DNA of 64,000 nt from Polyangiaceae bacterium (GCA_050287085.1 JBNKBE010000028.1:1-64000); one strand, 5' to 3'. Numbered from the stretch's first letter, positions 20,072-30,095 are shown. Translations and numbers: made by a program. The notes: a model not told the origin generated them from the letters alone.

Positions 20072-21771
20072 GCACGATCAGTCGCAAAGCCTACGCCGAG
20101 ATGTACGGTCCCACCACTGGCGATCGGGTCCGGCTGGGTGACACTGAACTCTGGATCGAGGTTGAGGAGGACCGAACGATCTATGGTGAGGAGGTCAAGT
20201 TTGGTGGAGGGAAGGTCATTCGCGATGGCATGGGACAGAGTCAGCGCGGTGGCGACGTGGCGGCTGATACTGTCATTACAAATGCGTTGATCGTTGATCA
20301 TTGGGGGATCGTCAAAGCGGATATCGGGCTTAAGGGAGGAAGGATTTCTGCCATTGGAAAGGCAGGCAATCCGGACACGCAACCCGGAGTGAGCATTGTC
20401 ATTGGCCCCGGCACGGAGATCGTTGCGGGCGAAGGACAGATCTTGACGGCGGGGGCGATCGACGCGCACATTCACTTCATCTGTCCCCAGCAGATCGACG
20501 ACGCTCTCATGAGTGGGGTTACGACGATGCTAGGAGGAGGCACGGGACCGGCTGCCGGTACCAATGCGACGACGTGCACGCCTGGTCCTTGGCACATTCA
20601 GCAGATGTTGCGCGCCGCGGATGGACTACCCATGAACCTCGGTTTCCTAGGCAAGGGCAATGCGAGCCTGCCCGAGTCTCTCGACGAGCAAGTGCTCGCA
20701 GGAGCGATGGGGCTGAAGCTGCACGAAGACTGGGGGACAACCCCGGCGGCCATCGACACATGTCTTTCGGTGGCAGAACGCCACGACATTCAGGTCGCCA
20801 TCCACACCGATACCCTGAACGAATCCGGCTTCGTTGAGCACACCTTGGCCGCTTTTAAGGGGCGCTCGATCCACGCCTACCACACCGAGGGAGCTGGCGG
20901 TGGACATGCTCCTGACATCATCCGCGCGTGCGCCTCTCCCGAAGTTCTGCCTTCGTCAACCAATCCTACCAGGCCGTATACGGCCAACACAATTGACGAA
21001 CATCTGGACATGTTGATGGTTTGCCATCACCTCGACCCGGCAATTGCCGAAGACGTAGCGTTCGCGGAGTCTCGAATTCGCAAGGAAACGATCGCCGCCG
21101 AAGACATACTGCACGATATCGGAGCGTTCAGCATGATCGCCTCCGACTCACAGGCGATGGGGCGTGTGGGGGAGGTGGTGTGCCGTACTTGGCAGACCGC
21201 TCACAAGATGAAAGTCCAACGCGGAGCCTTGCCTCACGATGGACCGCTAGCGGATAACTTTCGGGTGAAGCGCTACATATCCAAGTATACGATTAATCCC
21301 GCGCTGGCGCATGGCATTGCCGAAGAAGTCGGCTCGGTTGAACCCGGAAAGCTTGCGGATCTGGTATTGTGGAAACCGGCGTTCTTTGGGAGCAAGCCCT
21401 CGATGATAATCAAGGGCGGAATGATCGTTGCAGCCCCAATGGGCGACCCCAATGCGTCCATTCCTACTCCGCAGCCTGTTCACTACCGCCGGATGTTTGG
21501 CGCGCTGGGGGGAGCATTGGCGACTACGAGTCTGAGCTTCGTGTCGCAGGCTGGGCTAAGCGCCGGAATAGCACAGCGCTATGGTCTCAGGAAGATCCTG
21601 TACCCAGTTCACGGGGTGCGAAAGATCAAGAAAGCTGATATGGTGCACAACTCTCTTCAACCGGATATCAGTGTAGATCCCCAGACCTACCAGGTGCGGG
21701 TGGACGGTGAGCTGATTACCTGCGAGCCGGCCACATCATTGCCGCTAGCGCAACGGTACTTTCTATTCTAG
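20068..21771 (+). CDS. ureC: Urease alpha subunit
   Basis: [52 protein letters not shown]. Confidence 0.98.
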   Translation: MSTISRKAYAEMYGPTTGDRVRLGDTELWIEVEEDRTIYGEEVKFGGGKVIRDGMGQSQRGGDVAADTVITNALIVDHWGIVKADIGLKGGRISAIGKAGNPDTQPGVSIVIGPGTEIVAGEGQILTAGAIDAHIHFICPQQIDDALMSGVTTMLGGGTGPAAGTNATTCTPGPWHIQQMLRAADGLPMNLGFLGKGNASLPESLDEQVLAGAMGLKLHEDWGTTPAAIDTCLSVAERHDIQVAIHTDTLNESGFVEHTLAAFKGRSIHAYHTEGAGGGHAPDIIRACASPEVLPSSTNPTRPYTANTIDEHLDMLMVCHHLDPAIAEDVAFAESRIRKETIAAEDILHDIGAFSMIASDSQAMGRVGEVVCRTWQTAHKMKVQRGALPHDGPLADNFRVKRYISKYTINPALAHGIAEEVGSVEPGKLADLVLWKPAFFGSKPSMIIKGGMIVAAPMGDPNASIPTPQPVHYRRMFGALGGALATTSLSFVSQAGLSAGIAQRYGLRKILYPVHGVRKIKKADMVHNSLQPDISVDPQTYQVRVDGELITCEPATSLPLAQRYFLF

Positions 21772-21791
21772 GCCGCGCAACAGGAGACCAC

Positions 21792-22301
21792 ATGTTGGAG
21801 TTTGTCGAACGTGTTGTAGAGGTCGTGCCGCATCAGGCGGAGTTGACGTTGCCTTTTTCTCAGCGACAGAAGACCCGCTTTCGGGCAGAACTCGACGATG
21901 GTACCAGTGTGAACGTCGTGTTGCCTCGCGGCAAGTCGCTACGGGATGGAGACTGTTTGCGAGCTGCGACGGGCGAGGTTGTTTGCGTCCGCGCCGCGGT
22001 CGAGTCGATTTCGCGAGTGGTGAGTAACGACGCGCACCTCTTGTGTCGAGTGGCGTATCACCTGGGCAATCGACACGTGCCTGTAGAGCTTGCGGCTGGG
22101 GCCTTGGCGTATCAACACGATCACGTGCTCGATGATATGGTGAGGGGTCTGGGGTTGAACCCGGAAGCCGCCGTGGCGCCGTTTGAGCCGGAGTCCGGCG
22201 CCTACGGTTCGGGTCATGCACATACGGGGGGGCATGGCGCCGGCGCCGGAAAGATTCATGTGCACGAGGTTGGGCCAGTCGAGCGGGGCCACCAGCATTG
22301 A
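21792..22301 (+). CDS. ureE: Urease accessory nickel chaperone UreE
   Basis: AYHLGNRHVP, DHVLDDM, PFEPESGAY and a His-containing tail. Confidence 0.95.
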   Translation: MLEFVERVVEVVPHQAELTLPFSQRQKTRFRAELDDGTSVNVVLPRGKSLRDGDCLRAATGEVVCVRAAVESISRVVSNDAHLLCRVAYHLGNRHVPVELAAGALAYQHDHVLDDMVRGLGLNPEAAVAPFEPESGAYGSGHAHTGGHGAGAGKIHVHEVGPVERGHQH

Positions 22302-23023
22302 GCATCGTGCCGCGTCCAGCGTCGAATGAAACGAGCTTGCTTCGACTCTTGCAGCTTGCCAGTCCGGCATTCCCGACAGGAGCCTTTGCCTATTCACAAG
22401 GGCTCGAGGCCGCCGTCGAGCGCGGCTGGGTCTCAGATGTCTCGTCTTTATTTCGCTGGTTGCGAGGCATACTCGAGCGAGGATTTGGACAAAGCGACAT
22501 GCCGCTACTGGCAGAAGCGACGCGGCTCTGGTTGTCGATTCCTTCAGGCGTCGTCGAGTCGGGCTCAGAGGATGCCTGTCGTGTGGATGTCATGGCTGCG
22601 CGAATTCACGCCTTCCGTGAAACTCGCGAGCTGAGGGAGGAAGAACGACAGCTTGGCACTGCGGTTGCTCGAGTGCTGGAGCGTCTGGGGTTGGCCGAGG
22701 CTGACTATCTTCGGGCGCATCCGCGGGCCAGCTACGTACTTGCATACGCTCTGGCGGTCGCGCGCTGGAGTCTGCCAGAAGAGGCGGCGCTGTCGGCATT
22801 TGCCTTCTCCTGGCTCGAAAACCAACTGGCGGCAGCCACGCGTCTGATGAGACTCGGGCAGTTGGACGCACAGCAATTGTTGATGGAGCTTGCGGCGCTC
22901 ATTCCGCGCTTGGTGCATGCGGCACAGACAGCCGAAGCGGACAGTGTTGGCTGTTCTCTACCGGGTTTTGCCGCCGCCAGCGCCCTGCACGAGCGACAAT
23001 ATAGTCGCCTCTTTCGATCCTAG
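22298..23023 (+). CDS. ureF: Urease accessory protein UreF
   Basis: LQLASPAFPTGAFAYSQGLE..HERQYSRLFRS. Confidence 0.95.
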   Translation: MSIVPRPASNETSLLRLLQLASPAFPTGAFAYSQGLEAAVERGWVSDVSSLFRWLRGILERGFGQSDMPLLAEATRLWLSIPSGVVESGSEDACRVDVMAARIHAFRETRELREEERQLGTAVARVLERLGLAEADYLRAHPRASYVLAYALAVARWSLPEEAALSAFAFSWLENQLAAATRLMRLGQLDAQQLLMELAALIPRLVHAAQTAEADSVGCSLPGFAAASALHERQYSRLFRS

Positions 23024-23155
23024 GATGACGGTCCGTGGACAGTTGATAGCGAGACCCACGCCATTGTCGTTGGGAGTCCGCATCCCATGTTCAGTGGTGA
23101 CGCGGACCTCTCGAAATGGTCGTTGAAAGCACTTCGAACGAGACAAGGAGAAACC

Positions 23156-23773
23156 ATGGCGTCAGCGCAAGCACTGAGGTTGGGCATTGGAGGACCCGTT
23201 GGATCGGGCAAAACGGCGTTGGTGGACGCGCTCTGCAAACGTCTGCGCGAGCGTTACGAGCTCGCCGTTGTGACCAATGACATCTATACTCGCGAGGATG
23301 CTCAGTTCCTCGTGCGGAGCGGCGCGTTATCGCCAGACCGCATCGTCGGTGTCGAGACGGGCGGGTGTCCGCACACCGCCATTCGAGAGGATGCCTCGAT
23401 CAATCTGGAGGCCGTTGACGGATTGATCCGTCGCTTTCCCGGAGTTGAGTTGGTCATCATCGAAAGCGGCGGGGACAACCTCAGCGCGACTTTCAGTCCT
23501 GAATTGTCTGACTTGACGATCTACGTCATTGATGTTTCCGCGGGAGACAAGATCCCGCGCAAGGGCGGGCCGGGAATAACTCGCAGCGATCTGCTGGTGA
23601 TCAACAAGATCGACCTGGCTCCTCATGTCGGGGCCTCTTTGGAAGTGATGGAGCGCGATGCGCGGAAGATGCGAGGAGACCGCCCCTTCGTATTCGCAAA
23701 CGTCAAGGAGGGCGTTGGCGTAGACGATATCGTTGCCTTTATCGTGCGAGAGGGAGTCCTGCCGGAGCGTTGA
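23156..23773 (+). CDS. ureG: Urease accessory GTPase UreG
   Basis: [42 protein letters not shown] before ATG at 23156. Confidence 0.97.
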   Translation: MASAQALRLGIGGPVGSGKTALVDALCKRLRERYELAVVTNDIYTREDAQFLVRSGALSPDRIVGVETGGCPHTAIREDASINLEAVDGLIRRFPGVELVIIESGGDNLSATFSPELSDLTIYVIDVSAGDKIPRKGGPGITRSDLLVINKIDLAPHVGASLEVMERDARKMRGDRPFVFANVKEGVGVDDIVAFIVREGVLPER

Positions 23774-23816
23774 CGCTGTGCGGAGCTACTCGTAGCCTAG
23801 CGGGAACGAGGGTGGC

Positions 23817-25424
23817 TCAATGGGTGTTCACACAGGTCGGGCAGAAGAGCTGACCGGTGCGCTGGACGAAGCGCGCTGTGGTGCCGGCTTTGAGTTCCTG
23901 TTCGCAGCCATCGCATAGGGAGTCTTCTGAAAGCAATTCGTCGGTGTCCTGCGGTACGGCCTGCTCTACGCCGTCGAGCAGCAAGCCTCTTGGGCTGGCT
24001 TTGACGAGTTCCGGGCGGAAGAGCTCGTCGATGGCCGCCCAGCGGCGCACCAGGTGCTCGGACATCCCGCGTGCCCGCACGCACTCGAAGAACAACTCTT
24101 CGCGGTAGTCGAAGAGTTCGTCGCTTATCACCATCCAATGATGGGCATTGTAGGGGCGAGCGCCGAAGTAGTCGCGTGTGCCGCTCAGCACGTCACGCAA
24201 GAACTCGTACTGCTTCTCGATGGCGCGCTGACGCGTGATGCGGTGAAAGAATGGAGCCAGACGTGGATCGGCGTAGACTCGCGTGTAGAACTCTTCCAAG
24301 ATCTCGAGCAATAGCTGTCCTTCTCCGAGCGCAGTCCACAACTCGGGGTCGGGGGGCAGTGCGTGCAGCTTTTCGCGATCTTTGGGAGCGGGATATTCGC
24401 CCATTCCGCCCTGGCCTAACATTGTGAAGGGATCTGCGAACACTCGCTCTCGGCTCACTCCCTTCGCTATCGCGCTCACACGTGCGTCCTGAACCATATC
24501 TGGGTTTCCGAACAGAAAGCACGCAGCAGCTGAGTAGTCGGCTTCTCTCGCGAAGGCGAGTTCCACAAGCCGAGCGGCGGATGCAGGTGCTGCTGTGACG
24601 ACGAGCTCATAGCGGAACTCGGGGTGGGCCGCGCTGAGCGCCTGGCATGCCTCGCGCGAGTAGCAATCGGCTGCCTCCCGAACGCCGTGATAGAACCAAA
24701 TGCCACCGCGATGTCCGGACGCGAGGGCTTCTCGAGCCAGGGCTAGCAGCGCTCCGGCGCCAGAGCCCGTGGCGAGCAGTAGCAGAGGAGTGTCTATCAA
24801 CTCGGGGCGAAAGTAGCAGTCGCCGAAGGGACCCTGAAGTTCGATCTCACTGCCCGCTTCGACGTGGCTACTGACCCAGTCGCTCACCGCTCCACCAGGA
24901 ATATGGCGAATATGTAGGTCCAGGAAGTAGTCTTCGTCCGACACGCTCGCTATGGAGTAGCAGCGTCCTACTCCGGCTGGGTTGAACAGGGTAATACATC
25001 GACCTGCACGCCAGCCGAAGTCCGGCGGCGGTTCGAGACGAAGCCGCAGATACCTGCCGCTCGGCGTATAGCCGGGAGCAACGAGTGGGGTCTTTTCGGC
25101 CACCAGGGTCCGATGGACGATCCGAGTCCGGTCCAAACGCTGGACCGTGACCGTGCCCGCGACTTCACAGACGCAGGGCAGGAAGGCCCCAGCGGCGACC
25201 TGTTCTGGACTCAGCGTGCGCTGCGAGGCCGCCGAGACCTGGCCTTCGACGACTTGTAGCAAGCAGCTGTGGCAACTGCCCTTGCGGCATGAGTAGTCCA
25301 CTCGAGCGCCGCCCCGATACAGGGCTTCCAGTGCGGTTTCGCCCGTGCGAACTGGATAGCTTTGTCCATCGAAGATCACTTCTCCCGAACTGGCCGTCGC
25401 GCTGGTGCTTTTCGTCGTTGCCAT
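23817..25424 (-). CDS. 2Fe-2S ferredoxin / FAD-NAD(P) oxidoreductase / group I truncated hemoglobin / Cys4 fusion protein
   Basis: CRKGSCHSC..C; RCYSIAS; ATGSGAG; FYTRVYADPRLAPFF..KQYEFL..NAHHWM; CDGC..CPTC. Confidence 0.82.
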   Translation of the reverse strand: MATTKSTSATASSGEVIFDGQSYPVRTGETALEALYRGGARVDYSCRKGSCHSCLLQVVEGQVSAASQRTLSPEQVAAGAFLPCVCEVAGTVTVQRLDRTRIVHRTLVAEKTPLVAPGYTPSGRYLRLRLEPPPDFGWRAGRCITLFNPAGVGRCYSIASVSDEDYFLDLHIRHIPGGAVSDWVSSHVEAGSEIELQGPFGDCYFRPELIDTPLLLLATGSGAGALLALAREALASGHRGGIWFYHGVREAADCYSREACQALSAAHPEFRYELVVTAAPASAARLVELAFAREADYSAAACFLFGNPDMVQDARVSAIAKGVSRERVFADPFTMLGQGGMGEYPAPKDREKLHALPPDPELWTALGEGQLLLEILEEFYTRVYADPRLAPFFHRITRQRAIEKQYEFLRDVLSGTRDYFGARPYNAHHWMVISDELFDYREELFFECVRARGMSEHLVRRWAAIDELFRPELVKASPRGLLLDGVEQAVPQDTDELLSEDSLCDGCEQELKAGTTARFVQRTGQLFCPTCVNTH

Positions 25425-25566
25425 GACCGATCTTTACGACCAGTTGTGGCTAGCACTCAACGCTCCAAGTCTGGACTTTGGGGGATTGCCAGGTCGCGAC
25501 ATCGAATGTGCGTTCGTTCGGGACTCTGCACACCATTCGCCATCCGCCGCGGTGTAGACTGGTTGC

Positions 25567-27117
25567 ATGCGATGGTTCACGCGTGGTGATCTAGATGGCT
25601 TTTTCGGCTTGGCGCTCGACAATCTGGTGCAGCTTCTTCTGATCGACGCGCTCTGTCGGACTGTTCTCGGGTTCGACGAAGCGCTGCTGTACGGCACGGT
25701 ATTGCCGGGGGTGTCGTTGTCGCTGCTGGTGGGGAATGTTTACTACGCGCGTCGCGCCATGGCGCTGGGCCGCCGCGAGGGCCGCAGCGACGCCTGCGCT
25801 TTGCCTTATGGCATCAATACCGTTTCGCTCTTCGGACATGTCTTCTTGGTCATGTTGCCCGCGAAAGCGATTGCCATCCAGGCCGGGGCACCCGACCCGG
25901 CGCGTGTAGCTTGGCAGGCTGGGCTGGTAGCAACATTGGGGTCCGGCGCGATCGAGTTGGGCGGCAGCTGGGCTGCGGAACGACTGCGACGGCTAGCGCC
26001 GCGGGCCGCCATGTTGTCCACGCTCTCGGGGATTGCGCTGGGGTTTATCGCGCTTGGCTTCTTATTTCGGACCTACGCGCGGCCCCTCGTTGGACTGAGC
26101 ACGCTTGGCGTCGTGTTGCTGACCTATTTGGGACGGGTCGAGTTTCGCGGCCGCATTCCAGGGGGGCTGGTCGCCGTGGCGCTTGGGTCTGCGCTCGCTT
26201 GGGCGAGCGGGGCAGCGCCGGCGACGCCCCTGCGCACAGAAGCGGTCGGGCTGTATGGGCCGACGCTGGCGCTTGCGGAGCTGGGGACGGCGCTGAGCGG
26301 GCCCCACGCTCTGGCCTTTCTTTCCGTCATTGTGCCGATGGGGTTGTTCAATCTCACAGGATCCTTGCAGAATCTGGACTCCGCGGAGGCGGCGGGTGAC
26401 CGCTACGAAACCGTTCCCAGTTTGGCGGTCAACGGCGTGGGGACGCTGATTGCGGCGCTATTCGGATCGTGTTTTCCCACGACCATCTATATCGGGCATC
26501 CCGGCTGGAAGCAGATGGGAGCTCGCGCGGGCTATTCAGTGCTCAATGCCGGCTTCTTCGTCGTGGTCTGTAGCACGGGTACCCTTGGGTTGATCGCATG
26601 GGCGGTGCCGATCGAGGCTGGCATGGCGATCGTGTTGTGGATTGGTATTGTCATCAGCGCGCAAGCGTTTGCCGCCACGCCGCGTCGTCACGCGCCCGCC
26701 GTCGTGCTAGGAATCATGCCTGGGCTTGCCGCCTGGGGCGCCTTGATGGCCAAGAATGGATTGCGGGCAGCTGGGGCGGGGTCTGCCGCAGGTCCCCCCT
26801 TCGACGCCGCGCTACTCGACGCGTTTAGAGCCAGTGACACCTGGATCGGGGGTGCGTTCGCCTTGGAGCAGGGTTTCATCTTTTGCGCCATGGTCCTCGC
26901 TTCGCTCGCAGTATGTATCATTGAGCGTCGGTTCATGAGTGCGGCTGTTTGGGCGAGTCTGGGCGCGGTCTTGTCGGCATGTGGCGTCATGCATTCATAT
27001 CGCTTCACGCCGGGCGACACAGCGATGGCTTTGGCGCCGGCCTGGCCGTGGGCGCTAGGATACGCAGCCATTGCGACGCTGCTCGCAACCGCCCGCTGGA
27101 CCACCGTGGCGAAGTGA
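25567..27117 (+). CDS. NCS2-family (nucleobase-type) permease
   Basis: About 13 TM segments; GDLDGFFGLALDNL, ALPYGINT, SAEAAGD, PTTIYIGHPGWK motifs. Confidence 0.8.
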   Translation: MRWFTRGDLDGFFGLALDNLVQLLLIDALCRTVLGFDEALLYGTVLPGVSLSLLVGNVYYARRAMALGRREGRSDACALPYGINTVSLFGHVFLVMLPAKAIAIQAGAPDPARVAWQAGLVATLGSGAIELGGSWAAERLRRLAPRAAMLSTLSGIALGFIALGFLFRTYARPLVGLSTLGVVLLTYLGRVEFRGRIPGGLVAVALGSALAWASGAAPATPLRTEAVGLYGPTLALAELGTALSGPHALAFLSVIVPMGLFNLTGSLQNLDSAEAAGDRYETVPSLAVNGVGTLIAALFGSCFPTTIYIGHPGWKQMGARAGYSVLNAGFFVVVCSTGTLGLIAWAVPIEAGMAIVLWIGIVISAQAFAATPRRHAPAVVLGIMPGLAAWGALMAKNGLRAAGAGSAAGPPFDAALLDAFRASDTWIGGAFALEQGFIFCAMVLASLAVCIIERRFMSAAVWASLGAVLSACGVMHSYRFTPGDTAMALAPAWPWALGYAAIATLLATARWTTVAK

Positions 27118-27141
27118 ACGAGGGCATTCCGCGAGGGGCCC

Positions 27142-28293
27142 TCAGCGTGCGCAGCGGCCTGCCGCGCGCACGCTCGCGGCCAGGTCGCCAAGTACGGCTT
27201 CTGTGTCCTCAAAGCTCAGGCAACCATCCGTCAAACTCTGTCCCAGTCTGCGCTCCGAGCGAGGGCAAGGGGCTTGTTTGCCCCCCACGAGATAGCTCTC
27301 CAGCATCACGCCGAGGATGGGACCCCCCCTTGCGATCTGCTGAGCCACGTCGCGAGCTACAAGAGGCTGACGTCGGTAGTCTTTACCGCAATTGTCGTGG
27401 CTACAATCGATCATCACTCGTGACGTAGCCGCTCGTTGAGACGCAAGTAGCTGCTGGACGGTCGCCACGGAGCAAGCCTCGAAGTTGGGTCCGTCTTTGC
27501 CCCCGCGGAGCACGACATGCGTGTGGGGATTGCCCTCGCTCTCGACTATCTGCAGCCGTCCATTCTCACATACCGACGGAAAGTGGTGGGACGTTTCCGA
27601 TGCACGCATCGCGTCCACGGCTACTGCTACGCTGCCATCAGTGCTGTTCTTGAATCCCACGGCAAAGGGCAGCGTTGACACGAGCTGGCGATGAATCTGG
27701 CTTTCCGTGGTGCGCGCACCCACGGCGCCCCAACTGAGCCAATCTTTCACGTAGGGCACAAATAGCGGTTCGAGCAGCTCGCTTGCACAGGGCACGCCCA
27801 GGGTCGAGAGTTCACGCAGTAAATCTAGTCCCAGCTTCAACCCGTGCTCGACGTCGTGGCTGCCGTCTACGTGGGGGTCGCTGAAGAGACCTTTCCATCC
27901 GACCGTGGTTCTAGGCTTCTCGAAGTACGTTCGCATACAGATCAACAGGGCGTCGTCGGTTTCTGTGCGGATGCGTGCGAGTCGTCGCGCGTACTCCAGG
28001 GCGGTCTCGGGATCGTCGATGGAGCACGGGCCGACAATGACGAGCAGCCGCGGGTCTTGGCCCGACGTGAGCGCGCGGACGGCATCCCGAGAGCGAGACA
28101 CAAAGTCCGGGTTTCCAGCGGGCCCCTGGAGACGCAGCTCAGCGGGGGGAGCAACGGGGCGCTCCGACTTGGAGCTGGCTGCGCGGGCTTGGGTCAGGGG
28201 AGGCTGGGCTGCAGTTTGCACCGGGAGACCGTGTGCAAGACGCGACGGCGTGATGGCATCGAGGTGGACATTGGGGCTAGCCAGAGAGGTCAT
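27142..28293 (-). CDS. aroG: 3-deoxy-7-phosphoheptulonate (DAHP) synthase, class I alpha
   Basis: VGPCSIDD, YFEKPRTTVGWKGL, GARTTESQIHRQ, FKN, DCSH, SLTDGC; aroF/G/H isozyme identity not resolvable. Confidence 0.93.
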   Translation of the reverse strand: MTSLASPNVHLDAITPSRLAHGLPVQTAAQPPLTQARAASSKSERPVAPPAELRLQGPAGNPDFVSRSRDAVRALTSGQDPRLLVIVGPCSIDDPETALEYARRLARIRTETDDALLICMRTYFEKPRTTVGWKGLFSDPHVDGSHDVEHGLKLGLDLLRELSTLGVPCASELLEPLFVPYVKDWLSWGAVGARTTESQIHRQLVSTLPFAVGFKNSTDGSVAVAVDAMRASETSHHFPSVCENGRLQIVESEGNPHTHVVLRGGKDGPNFEACSVATVQQLLASQRAATSRVMIDCSHDNCGKDYRRQPLVARDVAQQIARGGPILGVMLESYLVGGKQAPCPRSERRLGQSLTDGCLSFEDTEAVLGDLAASVRAAGRCAR

Positions 28294-28334
28294 TGGGACT
28301 GAACTTTCGGAGTTGTGAATGCGTGGCTGGGGAC

Positions 28335-28371
28335 AAAAGCAAAAAGCCCCTCTCGATGGCGAGAAGGGCTT
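28335..28371 (-). terminator. Intrinsic terminator in the DAHP synthase leader (attenuator)
   Basis: Minus strand AAGCCCTTCTCG-CCAT-CGAGAGGGGCTT followed by TTTGCTTTT, about 40 nt before the start codon. Confidence 0.85.
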
Positions 28372-28422
28372 CTGATTCCGCTGCCGATGGCAGCGTGTGC
28401 TGGCTGTTCCGTGAGTAGCTTA

Positions 28423-28539
28423 TCAGTCGGTTTCTATTCGATGGGCTCTCAGGAATGCAGCGATGCCTTCTCGCCGTGACAAGCACGGATAGCTAAACCA
28501 GGTCCAAAACCGGACAGTGGGGGCAGAGGCGAGCGGCAC
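28423..28539 (-). CDS. Putative aromatic-rich attenuator leader peptide (MPLASAPTVRFWTWFSYPCLSRREGIAAFLRAHRIETD)
   Basis: GTG start 7 nt after TATTCT; Phe-Trp-Thr-Trp-Phe-Ser-Tyr at 28489-28509; lies upstream of the terminator. Confidence 0.65.
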   Translation of the reverse strand: MPLASAPTVRFWTWFSYPCLSRREGIAAFLRAHRIETD

Positions 28540-28546
28540 GGGTCGA

Positions 28547-28574
28547 AGAATAGCGAAGCGGACGAGGAGAGCAA
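28547..28574 (-). promoter_or_regulatory. Sigma70-like promoter for the leader/DAHP synthase transcript
   Basis: TTGCTC-N16-TATTCT-N7-GTG on the minus strand. Confidence 0.55.
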
Positions 28575-28919
28575 CCCAATTTCTCCACTCTTTGCGAACA
28601 CCGGAAGCCGAGTGCTCGTCGCCAGCTTGGCCCGTCAGCGGGGCGGGCCGCGGGAAGGCGTCGGCTGTCATGTGCGTTTGGCGAATACACCACACGCGCA
28701 CGTACCAGTATCGCCAGCAGAGCCGGATTCAGGACGTGTTATTGTCCGGTCAGAAAGTGGTGGTCCTAAGTGACCATCAGGCTGGTGGGGGTCCGTTTTT
28801 GCTCTCGGTCATCTCGCTTTCGGGCGCTGCCATCGGATTCGTCCCCCGTGACTGTCTCATGTTGGGTGACCTGAGGGCGCTGTCTTGCACCGCTCCGTCG
28901 GGTTAGCTAGGTCTAGTGG

Positions 28920-30095
28920 ATGAGCCCAGCGGGCAAGCGTCCTGATAACGGCAGTTGCGTGCTATACTCGACAGCGTTGTCTACGGTTGCAGCATGGAAG
29001 GGAAGCGCGTCTGTTTCGCTTGTCGGTGTGTGTGGTCTTCTCCTTGGCGCCTCCTGCACCAGCTATGATCAGCGCTTGCTCGACTTGGCTCGCGCGGAAA
29101 AGTCCACCGCTACAAACATGGAGCGGGACTCCGGAACGGCGTCGGTGGCTGAGGGTATACACGATGGGGCTGTGAGCGATGGGGCTGTGAGCGTTGGGGG
29201 TAGCGGCGGCACAGCTGGTGAGGGGGGCCAAGCGGGCGCAGCGGAGGAAGCTGCGGGCGCCCCGAGCGAAGTGGGGGGCACCTCCGGCGACTCTGGGGCC
29301 CCGGACCCACCGTTGTCATCAGTGGAGACCGACGCTTCAACGCCGATGGCTACTGGCGGCGATTCGGGGGCGGGGGGCGATGAGCCGATCGATGCTGGGC
29401 CGACCCCAACACCGGCTCTCCCGGCGGCGTGCTTGGGTGGCCCCGGTGGCGGGCTGACGATAGGAGACTATTGTGTGACCCAGGCGGCGGCTGACTGCCG
29501 CATCACCGATTTTACCACCGGCAGCTACGACGAAGCCACCGGCGAATGGGGCTACGGGACGGGTCTCGGGGGGACGACGTTCCTCTATCAGGGGTCGGGC
29601 ACGGCGTTATCCTTGACGCAAGGACCGTCCGGACTGAGCGTTACGGGGAGCGTGCTCAGCTACTCTGGTATTGGCTTATCTTTCGACTCCTGCACCGACG
29701 CGAGTGCGTTTGAGGGACTGGCTTTCACGCTGTCGGGCACCGTTGGTGCAGGCGCACGTCTGGTGGTGCAATTGCAAACCGAAGCAAACCACCCCATCAA
29801 CATGACGGAAGAGCGCGGCGCTTGCCCGTATTCGACGGAGCAGAATAAGTGGGTCGAGTGTGGCAACAACGCCCTTCGACTTGCGGAATTTGACGTTGTT
29901 GCGGAGAGCACTCTCTATCTTCCGTGGACGTCCTTTCGCGGGGGGCTACCGGACGCGGAGCTTCGTGCCGAGCAGCTCCGGGGCGTTCAGCTACAAGTGG
30001 AGTGCGACACCGGCAGAGCGCCGTGTGTCGTGGATATGTCCATCCGCGATATGCTTTTCTATCGCGGGCACGCTCCAGATGAGACGCTTCCCTAG
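28920..30095 (+). CDS. Lipoprotein with Gly/Ala linker and C-terminal carbohydrate-binding-like (jelly-roll) domain
   Basis: Lipobox LLGASC; CTDASAFEGLAFTLSG..LPWTSF..GVQLQ pattern resembles CBM11/CIA30-like modules; start uncertain. Confidence 0.55.
   Translation: MSPAGKRPDNGSCVLYSTALSTVAAWKGSASVSLVGVCGLLLGASCTSYDQRLLDLARAEKSTATNMERDSGTASVAEGIHDGAVSDGAVSVGGSGGTAGEGGQAGAAEEAAGAPSEVGGTSGDSGAPDPPLSSVETDASTPMATGGDSGAGGDEPIDAGPTPTPALPAACLGGPGGGLTIGDYCVTQAAADCRITDFTTGSYDEATGEWGYGTGLGGTTFLYQGSGTALSLTQGPSGLSVTGSVLSYSGIGLSFDSCTDASAFEGLAFTLSGTVGAGARLVVQLQTEANHPINMTEERGACPYSTEQNKWVECGNNALRLAEFDVVAESTLYLPWTSFRGGLPDAELRAEQLRGVQLQVECDTGRAPCVVDMSIRDMLFYRGHAPDETLP

Noticed and set aside
28300..28540. T-box or SAM riboswitch explanation for the DAHP leader terminator
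   Set aside because: No T-box UGGNACC antiterminator bulge or SAM-I core seen; the aromatic-codon leader ORF explains it better
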